Source: an uncultured Acidobacteriota bacterium (GTDB lineage: Bacteria > Acidobacteriota > Thermoanaerobaculia > UBA5066). Taken from it: a stretch of 64,000 bases of DNA. The notes beneath the pieces are model-generated. The model was given only the letters and a program-made list of their open reading frames with translations. It made no database searches and was not told the origin of the DNA. The translations under genes were made by a program, and so were the position numbers. Where the stretch lies: positions 2,080,001 to 2,144,000 of the forward strand of contig CAVZYA010000001.1 of NCBI GenBank assembly GCA_963779415.1, given 5' to 3'. Every line of letters starts with the position of its first letter. Position 1 is the stretch's first letter. Positions 20,036 to 29,087 of the stretch are shown here, piece by piece.

Positions 20036-23000
20036 ATGACGTCAACACGCCAGACCCTCCGCCTCTCCTTCGCCGCGCCACTCTTCCTGATCGTCTTCCT
20101 CCTCGCGCTCCCGGCGAGCGCCGGCCTCCGGTTCACGCCGGTCGCCGCGCCGGAGGGAGCGGACACCTATGCGCTCGCCGCGGACGGCTCGACTCTCTGG
20201 GCAGGGACTCTTCGCGGGATCTGGAAGCTCCAGTCAGGGAGCTGGAGCCTCGACGGGCTTCCCGACAAGACCGTCTCTTCCGTCGCCGTCTTCGGAGGCT
20301 CGGTATGGGCCGCCACCGGCGACGCCCTCTACCAGCGTGGAGCCGACGGGACGTGGACCGCGGTGGGACTTCCCGGGAGCCCCGACGCCGTGACAACCGT
20401 TTTCGCCGACGCGAGCGTTCTCTACGCCGGCGGTGCCGGCGTTTTCAGGCAGAGCGGCAGCACGTGGACAGCGCTCCCTTCCGCCGGAGGACTCGTCTCC
20501 GGCCTCGCCGTCTATCAGGGGGATCTCGTCGCGGGTCTCACGGGATCGGGAATCGTCCGGTACCCGGGGGGGACCGGAGCGCCCGTCGCGATGTCGACGG
20601 GTCTCGGCTTCTCCGAAGGGGGCCAGGCCTTCGCCGTCTTCGGCGGCGTTCTCTACGCGGGGACGCCCCGCGGCGTCTACGGGTGGAGCGGAATCGTCTG
20701 GAATTTCGAGAGCGGCTACGGGAATCACGACGTCCGGGCGCTCGCGAGCGCGTCCGGTTCTCTCTGGGCGGCTTCTATTGACTCCGGCGTTTCGCGAAAG
20801 AGCGGCTCCATCTGGAGCGCCGCGAACGACGGGCTGCTCCTCTACTCCGCCAAGAGCTTCGCGGTGCTCCTAAGCGACCTCTACGTCGGAACGTCGGGGG
20901 CGCCCGTCTACCGATACTCGGGAGCGTCGTGGAGCGCGGAGGGGAGCGGCCTTGCCGCGGCCCTTATCTCTGACCTTTCATTCGCATTTGCAGAGACCGT
21001 TGTCACGGCTCGAGGGGCCGGATCGACTCTGACGGACAGTCAAGGTCCTTCCACACGGGCGCTCCCTGTTCCTTCAGGGTGCGGTGATGTGAGGGCAGCT
21101 GCAGTCGTCAATGTCGAGCCTCTCTTCCACGGCGACTATCTGGCTGCAACAAACTGTGGTCCATATGAATTCGATTTCGGGGGGACATCGCTCGTTGACC
21201 AAGGCTTGGACGCGGGGGCTTTCATCACGAGCCTGGATACTGTTCACCGCATTCCGATAGGCGCAGTCGCGGGAACGACGAGCGCGGGAGTCTGGCGGTA
21301 TTCGTCGGGATCCTGGACCCCGATGAACGACGGCCTCGCCCCGACAGCCTCCATTGCGACGATACGGTACGTGGGGACCGATCTTTTCGCCGGGCCTGAC
21401 CAGGGAGTGGTACGTCTTGGAACCGACGGGACGTGGAACGACGAGTCGTCGGGGCTCCCGATCGGCAGCGTCGTCCAGGCGCTGGGAGGGCCGGGGGCTC
21501 CTTCGGGACCCGTCTACGCCGGTCTTTCCTTCGGCGGAATCTACCGGCGGGACGCCGGGACGACCTTCTGGAGAAGCGACTCGAAAGGGTTTGGAAGCAG
21601 CTCCGTCTACTCGCTCGACATGGCCTCCAGTCGCCTCTTCGCGGCGGCCGGCACGGCCGCGGTCTTCCGCAAGGATGCGGGGACCTGGCTACCGGAGAGC
21701 TTCGGCCTTCCAGCTGGCGCCGACGTCCGCGTCGTCCGTTCCGACTGTAAAGACTTGCAGTGCCAGACAGGCGTCATTCAAGTAACGGTCTTCGCTGGGA
21801 CGAACGGCCAGGGACTCTATTCCGCCCGAGCCGATTCTTCGGTGAAGACGATCCCCGTCGTCCTCGACGTAATCGGTTCCGGCGGGACGCCGTTCAATAC
21901 GGAGCTCGTGCTTGGAAATCGCGCTACGTACGGCACGTCGCTTCCGGTCACCCTGACGTTCTCCGCGGCCCCCGGTTACGGCGCCCCGGCGGGGGGGAGC
22001 GCGACCGTGACGATTCCGCCGGGGACGGAGATCCGCGCTGCCGACGCCCTGGCATATCTGCGCGGTCTCGGGATTCCGATCCCGACCGCCGGGCCCGACG
22101 CTCCCATCGCAGGAAGCCTCACGATGAGCGCGGGCTCGTCCACGGACTTTCTCTACGGCGCGGCGCGGTCGTACACGCCCGGACCTTCGGGGGGGACGTA
22201 CGGAGTCTTCCTCGAGGCGGAGAGCGACATCGACGCCGCCGAGGAGAGCGCGTGGGTCTACGGCCTCAGGAGCGTCTCGGGAGCGTCGCGGTCGAACCTC
22301 GCCGTCACCGCGCTCCCCGGGCGCGGGACCGATCCCGTCACGCTCCAGGTCCAGCTCTACGGCGCCTCGGGCGCGCCGGCTCCGATCGTCCTCACCCGCA
22401 CGCTCTCGCCGGGCGACTGGTACCAGTGGAACGGCGTACTGGCGCAGGCGGGCCTTCCGAACGGCACCTTCGGCTACGCGCGCATCCGCCGTCTCTCCGG
22501 AAGCGCGGCGTGGATCGCCTACGGCGTCGTGAACGACGCGGTGACGAGCGACGGGTCGGTCCTTCCGATGTTCCGCAACGGCGGCGTCTCCGCGGCCCGG
22601 ACCCTGATCGTCCCCGTCGCCGCCGATCTCGTCGGACAGGGAAGCTCTCATTTCACGACGGAGCTGACTCTCACTAACGACGGGCCGATCGGGACCCCCG
22701 TCGACCTGACGTACCGTCCTGCGCCCGGCTACGGGAGCGCCGGGGGGGTTCCTTTCGTCACCGTCACCGTCGCGGCGCGGCAGCAGACGACGATCCTGAA
22801 CGTCCTCCAGTACCTTCGCGATCACGGAGTCACGATCCCCGACGCCTCGACCGGTCCGCAGGCCGGAACGATTCTCGTCTCCTTCCGGAATCTCACCAGC
22901 CTCACGACGCCGCGCACCGTGGCGCTCGCCCGGACCTCGACTCCCGGCGGGGCCGGCGGCGCGTACGGCGTCTTCTACACGGCCATCCCTTCGGGGGGCG

Positions 23001-23358
23001 GGTCGCGCACCCCGGCCCTCGTCACCGGCCTCGTCCAGAACGCCGCCGCGCGGTCGAATCTCGCGATCGTCCATGCCGGGGGGGCTCCGGGGGGCCCATC
23101 ACCCTTCAGGTCACGCTCTACGACGCGGCGACCGGGCTCGCCGTCGGGAATCCGCTGACCGAAAGGCTGAATACCGGAGATTGGCTCCAGTGGTCGAACG
23201 TCCTTGCGAAGGCGGGCGTCCCAGCCGGGACGACGGCGGCCTACGCGGTCGTCACACGCATCTCGGGCGACGACACCTTCTTCGCCTACGGCGTCCTCAA
23301 CGACGCCGTGACCTCCGACGGCAGTTACGTTGCCATGCACCCGGACGCCTGGTACTGA
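20036..23358 (+). CDS. Large secreted protein: beta-propeller-like N-terminus plus two copies of a ~250-aa C-terminal module (apparent frameshift in G runs near 23078-23095)
   Basis: Signal peptide and repeated LYAGT..GV...G..W blades. Modules start IPVVLDVIG..FNTEL and VPVAADLVG..FTTEL. The shifted frame ends AYGVLNDAVTSDGSYVAMHPDAWY (TGA 23356-23358), mirroring module 1 AYGVVNDAVTSDGS. Confidence 0.8.
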
Positions 23359-23380
23359 TCCTCCGGAGGATCGGCGCCGA

Positions 23381-24667
23381 TCACTCCGCGCGCTTCGGCG
23401 CGAGGAAGCGGTCGTAGAGGATCATCAGGAGCGTCGAGACGAAGCCGATCGCGGCCACCCAGAGCCACATCGACTCCGGATGCGCGACGGTCCCCGCCTT
23501 GAAGCCGTTCACGTACCTCTCCACGAGCGGTCCGGCGATGGCGCCCGCCACGAACGTGCCGATCGCGATCGGCAGGAACGCGAAGCCCATGTAGGTCCCC
23601 ACCTGCTCCTTCGGGGCCAGGTTGGCCACGTACTCGTAGAAGCGGGGGGACTGGAGCCCCTCGCCGAGGGCGAAGATCACGATGGCGGCGATGGTGACCG
23701 TTAGGGTCGGGACGGTGGCCATGACGAGCCAGCAGACGCTGGCGAGGAGAAAGCCGATCGTCATGGCGCGGATCGGCTTGAGCTTCTTCGCGAGCGCCGT
23801 GATCGGGATCGTCACGAGGATGATCGCCCACGCGTCGACCGTCTCGATCAGCTCGAAGCGGGGGAACTTCAGGACGTCCCGGACGTAGAACGGCAGCGAG
23901 TAGAAGACCTGCCAGAACATCATCCAGAAGCCCGAGAAGATGACGAGGAACGAGACGAAGCGGAAGTTCCGGAAGACCTTCACCATGTCGAGAAGAACGC
24001 CCCCCATCGACTTCGGGGGCGCCGCGTCGGCCGGACGGGGGGGCTCCCGGAAGAGGAGAAACGTCGCGAAGAAGAGGGCGAAGGACGTCGCCGAGGACAT
24101 CACCAGCACCCAGGCGATGCCGACGTTCTCGCGGACCGGGATCGCGAGGATCGGTCCGACGGCGCCGCCGATGTTCACGAGGGTGTAGTAGATCGAGTAG
24201 CCGAGCGCCTTCGTCCCTTCGGTCGTCGTCCGGGCCACCGTGCCGACGATGCTCGGCTTGATGAGCGATCCGCCGACGGCCGTCACGATGAGGGCGAAGA
24301 GCGTGTACGTCCGGGGCCCGCCGAGCGCCGCGACGAGGGGCGCGCCGACGGGAAGCCCGGCGAGGCCGATGAGGCAGTAGCCGACCGAGAAGATCGCGAA
24401 GCAGGCCATCAGGCTCCGCTTGAACCCGAAACGGTCGACGACCGTCCCGGCGACCGGCGGGAGGAGGTAGAGGAGGGTGTTGAAGACACTTCCGGCGAAG
24501 AGGCCGGCGGTGGTCGGCCCGAGCCCGATCCCGTCCGCGATGTAGACGGCGAGAACCGCCTTCGAGGCGTAGTACGCGAAGCGCTCGAACAGCTCGAGCG
24601 TGTTCGCGATCCAGAACGTCTTCGAGAAGCCGGACTTCAGTTCGGCAACCCGGGCGGCGGCACCCAA
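23381..24667 (-). CDS. MFS transporter (POT/peptide-transporter-like)
   Basis: ELFERFAYY (ExxERFxYY motif), DRFGFKR loop, about 12 hydrophobic helices. Confidence 0.88.
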   Translation of the reverse strand: MGAAARVAELKSGFSKTFWIANTLELFERFAYYASKAVLAVYIADGIGLGPTTAGLFAGSVFNTLLYLLPPVAGTVVDRFGFKRSLMACFAIFSVGYCLIGLAGLPVGAPLVAALGGPRTYTLFALIVTAVGGSLIKPSIVGTVARTTTEGTKALGYSIYYTLVNIGGAVGPILAIPVRENVGIAWVLVMSSATSFALFFATFLLFREPPRPADAAPPKSMGGVLLDMVKVFRNFRFVSFLVIFSGFWMMFWQVFYSLPFYVRDVLKFPRFELIETVDAWAIILVTIPITALAKKLKPIRAMTIGFLLASVCWLVMATVPTLTVTIAAIVIFALGEGLQSPRFYEYVANLAPKEQVGTYMGFAFLPIAIGTFVAGAIAGPLVERYVNGFKAGTVAHPESMWLWVAAIGFVSTLLMILYDRFLAPKRAE

Positions 24668-24668
24668 A

Positions 24669-24932
24669 TCAGCGTCGCTCGCGTCCGATGAGCCAACCGA
24701 CGGCCAGGCCGATCCCGAGGGCCCCGAGGGCCATCAGGAAAGCGTTGTCCCGCCCGACCCGGTCGACGGTCTTCACGTGCCGCTCCATCTGCTTGCGGAG
24801 GCGCCGGCCTCTCACTTCGGCCTGCTCCAGCGCGTTCTCGACGCGGTCGGCGAGCGCCTCGGCCAGCTCTTCGCCACGTCCTCCGGCGGCCTTCATCCCT
24901 TCACGAACGGATCCGAGAATGTCGCGTTCCAT
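24669..24932 (-). CDS. Small tail-anchored protein, DUF883/ElaB-YqjD-like
   Basis: 87 aa, helical N-terminus and C-terminal ALGALGIGLAVGWLIGRERR. RBS GGGGAG. Confidence 0.6.
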   Translation of the reverse strand: MERDILGSVREGMKAAGGRGEELAEALADRVENALEQAEVRGRRLRKQMERHVKTVDRVGRDNAFLMALGALGIGLAVGWLIGRERR

Positions 24933-25001
24933 CGGCGTGCTCCCCGAAGCGATCTTACCCCGTAACCGCTTCCGTTCCGGTCCGCGCGCGAGCGTTCATC
25001 T

Positions 25002-25814
25002 CTAGCGTGTCGCGACGTCGAACTGGCGGATGATGCTGAAGCCGAGTCGGATGTTGGAATCGGTCACCCCGCCGCCATAGTCGCCGGCGAGGATCTGGTC
25101 GACGGTCGTGGCCGCGGAGTTTCCGATCCAGACGGAGAACCGGTGGCGGTAGAGAGCCTTCTCGATCGCGAAAGACCATTGCCCCACGGAGCCGGGGAGG
25201 TTCCGGTTGCGCGGAACGTACTCGCCGGAGGCGAACCAGCCCTTCCCCATCTTGACTTGGACGTCGATCGGGACGTTGAAGACGTTCCTGAACTGCGGCG
25301 TGTTTGAGACGTAGGAGGGAGCGGCCGCGATGGTCACGAGGTCTCCGATCGTTGCACTGAGGAGGACCTGGCCGAAGGCCCCGGTCTTGTCCGGCGTCTG
25401 GACCTTCGTCTCCCAGTCGAGTCCGCCCCGGACGGCGATGCCGAAGGGGCGCTGCCTGGTCGCGGAGAGGAACGCGTATTTCGCCGCGAACTCGTAATCG
25501 CCCCCGGTCGACGCCCGGTAGACCTCGATCGAAAGGCGGTCCACGGGGACGTAACCGAGCCCGAGGCCGATGTTGGCGCCCGAGTCGAGGCCGAAGAGAT
25601 TGTTTCCGCCGGCGCTGATCACGGGCTGGTTGAACCGGTGGGTGAAGAGAGCCTCGAGGATTCCTTTCTCGTTCACGAGCGGTGACGCGGTCTGAAGGAA
25701 CCGGTCCGCATAGCCGGGATCCCAGAACTTCGCCTCCTGGGCGAAGGCGGGGCGCGAGGCGGCGATGAGGAGCGACACGGCGGATGCGGCGAGGAGAGGA
25801 AGGTGCTTCGTCAT
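25002..25814 (-). CDS. DUF5777-family outer-membrane beta-barrel protein
   Basis: Signal peptide; FTHRF...NLFGLDSGANIGLGL; HRF; C-terminal LGFSIIRQF strand. Confidence 0.75.
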   Translation of the reverse strand: MTKHLPLLAASAVSLLIAASRPAFAQEAKFWDPGYADRFLQTASPLVNEKGILEALFTHRFNQPVISAGGNNLFGLDSGANIGLGLGYVPVDRLSIEVYRASTGGDYEFAAKYAFLSATRQRPFGIAVRGGLDWETKVQTPDKTGAFGQVLLSATIGDLVTIAAAPSYVSNTPQFRNVFNVPIDVQVKMGKGWFASGEYVPRNRNLPGSVGQWSFAIEKALYRHRFSVWIGNSAATTVDQILAGDYGGGVTDSNIRLGFSIIRQFDVATR

Positions 25815-25822
25815 CTCGGACC

Positions 25823-26614
25823 TCAGTCGTTCGGCGCCCCGCGCCGCACCCAGTCGACGAGGAGCTGCTGCGTGGCGGAGGAAAGGTAGGGGCCGCCGAA
25901 GGGCATCCGGGCTCCGGTGATCGTCGCGTCCCCCGCGGTCTTGGAGACGAGGTAGGACGACGCGGGGTCGCCCGGGGCGATGCGGAGGCGCGTCGATTCG
26001 ACGGCCCTCACGCCGACGATCGAGGCGTAGCTCCTTCCCGCGGAGAGGTCCATTCCCTGCTGGGGGGCCGCTCCGGCGTGGCATCCCGAGAGGGCGCACG
26101 AGGGGGTGAAGATCTCCGCCTGGACCTGGGTGAACGTCGCGGACGGATTGACCGGCTCTAGAGGCTCCGTAGGCGTCTTCCTCGTTCCGCACGCGGCGAG
26201 GGAGAGTGCAATCAGGGCCGCCGAAGCGGCTAGACTTCCCGTGAAGGAGAGGACCCGATGATTCGATACGGCGCCGTCACGCTCGCTCTTCTCTTCGCGG
26301 TTCCCGCCGCCGCGGAGGAGCCGAAGCGATCCGCTCTCTGGAACGCCTACTGCGTCGTCTGTCACGGTCCGGACGGCAAGGCGCAGACCGAGGAAGGAAA
26401 GAAGAAGGGGGCGCGGAACCTCTCCGACGCTCGCTGGCAGGCCACGGTCTCGGACGACCGTCTCCACGACTCGATCCGGCGGGGGCGTGACAAGATGCCG
26501 TCGTTCGGAAACAAGCTGAGCGAGGAGCAGATCAGGGCGCTCATCGCCGAAGTGAGGTCGCTGGCCGCGGCGAAGTGACGTCGCGGGCCGCCGCGTCCGG
26601 GTCGCGAGCCTCAT
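25823..26614 (-). CDS. Lipoprotein with CxxxxCH cytochrome-c-like motif; 5' end interrupted by the antisense cytochrome c gene (start uncertain)
   Basis: Lipobox LSLAAC, then IFTPSCALSGCH...PGDPASSYL...RMP...WVRRGAPND. No in-frame ATG/GTG/TTG between the signal core and ATG 26614. Confidence 0.65.
   Translation of the reverse strand: MRLATRTRRPATSLRRGQRPHFGDERPDLLLAQLVSERRHLVTPPPDRVVETVVRDRGLPASVGEVPRPLLLSFLGLRLAVRTVTDDAVGVPESGSLRLLRGGGNREEKSERDGAVSNHRVLSFTGSLAASAALIALSLAACGTRKTPTEPLEPVNPSATFTQVQAEIFTPSCALSGCHAGAAPQQGMDLSAGRSYASIVGVRAVESTRLRIAPGDPASSYLVSKTAGDATITGARMPFGGPYLSSATQQLLVDWVRRGAPND
26258..26578 (+). CDS. Small periplasmic class I c-type cytochrome
   Basis: Signal peptide, CVVCH heme motif, distal KMPSF Met. 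RBS AAGGAGAGG and TAGACT -10 at 26231. Confidence 0.9.
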   Translation: MIRYGAVTLALLFAVPAAAEEPKRSALWNAYCVVCHGPDGKAQTEEGKKKGARNLSDARWQATVSDDRLHDSIRRGRDKMPSFGNKLSEEQIRALIAEVRSLAAAK

Positions 26615-27090
26615 TTCGGCGCGGCCTTTGTCGGGATCTCGTCCGGGATGGGTGGGGCATGGACCATCGTCCCGCCGATGTGACCGGTGATCGCGACGAG
26701 CGCCACGGCGAGAAGGGCCGCGAGGAGAGCGGGAACGGGGGACCCCCCTTTGAGACGGGCGCGGAGGGCGAGGACGAGGGCCGTCACGGCGACCGCGAGA
26801 AACGTCAGTGCGAGAAGCGCGTGCTTGCGGGCGAGTCCCATGACGGCGAGCGGCCCGGGAATCGGGCCCCACCCCCCGGCGAGGTAGGCGAGCTTGTCGG
26901 CCCAGATCCAGCCGGTGAACGCGGCCGCAAGAGCGCCCGCGACGGTTGCGGAGAGGAGGAGGACGGACGCCGTGAGGGCCGGCTCGCGATCGGCGCGGCG
27001 GAGCGTCGCGATCGCGAGCGCCGCCGCCGCGAAGAACGCCCCCGCGATCGGGAAGTGGACGAGAGAGGGATGAAGCGGCAGCTCGTTCAT
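26611..27090 (-). CDS. DUF2231 domain membrane protein
   Basis: LHPSLVHFPIA, TG, conserved H and TGHIGGTMVH. Four TM helices; RBS AAGGAGG. Confidence 0.8.
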   Translation of the reverse strand: MNELPLHPSLVHFPIAGAFFAAAALAIATLRRADREPALTASVLLLSATVAGALAAAFTGWIWADKLAYLAGGWGPIPGPLAVMGLARKHALLALTFLAVAVTALVLALRARLKGGSPVPALLAALLAVALVAITGHIGGTMVHAPPIPDEIPTKAAPK

Positions 27091-27234
27091 TCCGGCGGGG
27101 CTCCTCCTTCGGCGGACGGGATGATACTGGATCTCAGGATGAGCCCGCACCCGTACGCGGCCGATCCGTAGGTTCCCGTTCATGGCGGCCGCAGGGCGGC
27201 AACACCCCCTCCCATCGGGTAAACTCCGCGCGCT

Positions 27235-28584
27235 CTGCAGCCGCGAGATCTCCTCACCGAGCTCTACCGTGCCGCTGTCGCGTCCGTCGATCCGGGCCGG
27301 CTCGTCGGCGCCGCTCTCGGACGGCGCGGCGACGCTCTTCGTGTCCGGTCCGTCCTCTCCTCGGCGCAGCGGGAGTTCGTCTTCGTCCCTTCGCGGGTGG
27401 CTCTTCTGGCCGTCGGCAAGGGGGCCGTGCCGATGGCCCGCGCGGCCCATGCGGCGCTCGGAGGACGGATCGACGAGGCGCTCATCGTGGCGCCCTCGTA
27501 CGACAGCGGGGAGGGTCTTCCGCCCGGAAGTCGCCTCATTCGCGCCGGCCACCCGGTTCCGGACGAGGGGAGTCTCGAGGCGGGAACGGCCGCCCTCTCC
27601 CTCGCCGGCCGCCTCGACCCGGCGGACCTCCTTCTCGTCCTCCTTTCGGGGGGCGGCTCCAGCCTGATGGCGGCACCGGTGGAAGGACTCTCCCTCACGG
27701 ACAAATCGCGCGCCATCTCGCTTCTGATGGCCGCAGGGGCTCCGATCTCCGAGCTGAACGCCGTTCGCGGGGCCCTTTCGCGCGTCAAGGCCGGGTGGCT
27801 CTCCTCCGCCTGCGGCCCGGCCGAGGTCGTCTCGCTCGTCCTTTCGGACCTCGGGGACGACGGTTGGCATCTCGTCGCCTCCGGTCCGACGCTCGGAATC
27901 CCCCCGTCCCCGGCCAATGCCCTCGCCATCCTCGACCGATACCGCGTCACGACGCTCGTCCCGCCATCGGTCCGCGCCGTCCTCGCCCTTCCGCCGCCGC
28001 CCCCCTCGCCTCGCCCCGTCGGGCCACGCTGGAGCGTCCTCCTTGCCGACATCCGGACGGCTCTCGAAGGCGCCCGCCTCGCCGCGCTTCGTCTTGGAAC
28101 GGATGCCCGGATCGTCCCCGAGCTTCTGCGCGGCGAGGCGCGGAGCGCCGCCCGAAGGCTCGCCGTCGCCGGAGCCTCGGGGGGGCACCTCTGGCGCCGG
28201 GGAGGGGGACGCTCCCTCGTCAACCTCTTCGGCGGCGAGACGACCGTCACGGTCAAGGGACACGGACACGGAGGACGGAACCGGGAGCTCGCCCTCGCGA
28301 CCGCAATCCAGATTGCCGGCACCCCGGGAGCCGCCGCCCTCGTGGCCGGGACCGACGGCGTGGACCACGAGCCGGATGCGGCCGGGGCGTTCGTGGACGG
28401 GGCGACGCTCGAGAGGGCGGAAGCGGCCGGCCTCGACCCTTGGAAGGCTCTCCGCGACAACGACACCGGGCCGTTCTTCGCCGCTCTCGGGGACGCCTTT
28501 TCCCCGGGAGCCACCGGGACGAACGTGGGCGACGTCGCCTTCGTCTGGGCGGCCGGGCAGGACGCCGGGACGCCGGCAGACTAA
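27235..28584 (+). CDS. Glycerate kinase type-2 (DUF4147/MOFRL) family protein
   Basis: AVGKGA, AGHPVPD, LSGGGSSL, IASGPT-like, GGETTV, GGRNREL, GTDGVD, TGTNVGD. The conserved ELYRAAVASVDP start lies upstream of 27397, with CTG 27235 the only plausible initiator. Confidence 0.9.
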   Translation: MQPRDLLTELYRAAVASVDPGRLVGAALGRRGDALRVRSVLSSAQREFVFVPSRVALLAVGKGAVPMARAAHAALGGRIDEALIVAPSYDSGEGLPPGSRLIRAGHPVPDEGSLEAGTAALSLAGRLDPADLLLVLLSGGGSSLMAAPVEGLSLTDKSRAISLLMAAGAPISELNAVRGALSRVKAGWLSSACGPAEVVSLVLSDLGDDGWHLVASGPTLGIPPSPANALAILDRYRVTTLVPPSVRAVLALPPPPPSPRPVGPRWSVLLADIRTALEGARLAALRLGTDARIVPELLRGEARSAARRLAVAGASGGHLWRRGGGRSLVNLFGGETTVTVKGHGHGGRNRELALATAIQIAGTPGAAALVAGTDGVDHEPDAAGAFVDGATLERAEAAGLDPWKALRDNDTGPFFAALGDAFSPGATGTNVGDVAFVWAAGQDAGTPAD

Positions 28585-28603
28585 GATACGAAGGACTAGT
28601 CCG

Positions 28604-29074
28604 ATGGCGGCTTTTCTGATCGTTGACGATGGCGGGGAGAAGAGGCACGAGGTCGTCGGACGCGCCGTCCTCGGCCGCGACGCCGATTGCGACATTCTCG
28701 TTTCGGACCTGTCGGCCTCCCGAAAGCACGCCATTCTGGAAGAGACGGTGGCGGGGTGGACCATCCGGGACCTCTCCAGCGTCAACGGGACGTTCCTGAA
28801 GGGGAAGCGGGTCGTCGATGCCGTTCTCCAGAGTGGAGATCTTCTCCGGTTCGGGGACGTGAAGGCCGTCTTCAGGATCGAGCAGAAGGCGAGCGAGACG
28901 AGCGGTACGGGGAAGCTCCTTCAGACGCTCTCGATCAAGCCGGTCCGGAAGGCTCGTCCCGTCGCCGTCGTCGTCGCGTCGCTCGCCGGCCTTGCGCTTC
29001 TCGTTGCGGCCACCCTCTGGTCGAAGGGGTGCGGTCCCCACGGCCCCGCCGTCTCCATCCTCGCGCCGCGCTGA
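28604..29074 (+). CDS. FHA domain protein with C-terminal membrane helix
   Basis: LGR...SRKHA...DLSSVNGTF FHA motifs and a hydrophobic C-terminal segment. Confidence 0.88.
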   Translation: MAAFLIVDDGGEKRHEVVGRAVLGRDADCDILVSDLSASRKHAILEETVAGWTIRDLSSVNGTFLKGKRVVDAVLQSGDLLRFGDVKAVFRIEQKASETSGTGKLLQTLSIKPVRKARPVAVVVASLAGLALLVAATLWSKGCGPHGPAVSILAPR

Positions 29075-29087
29075 TCCGGCCGGAATC

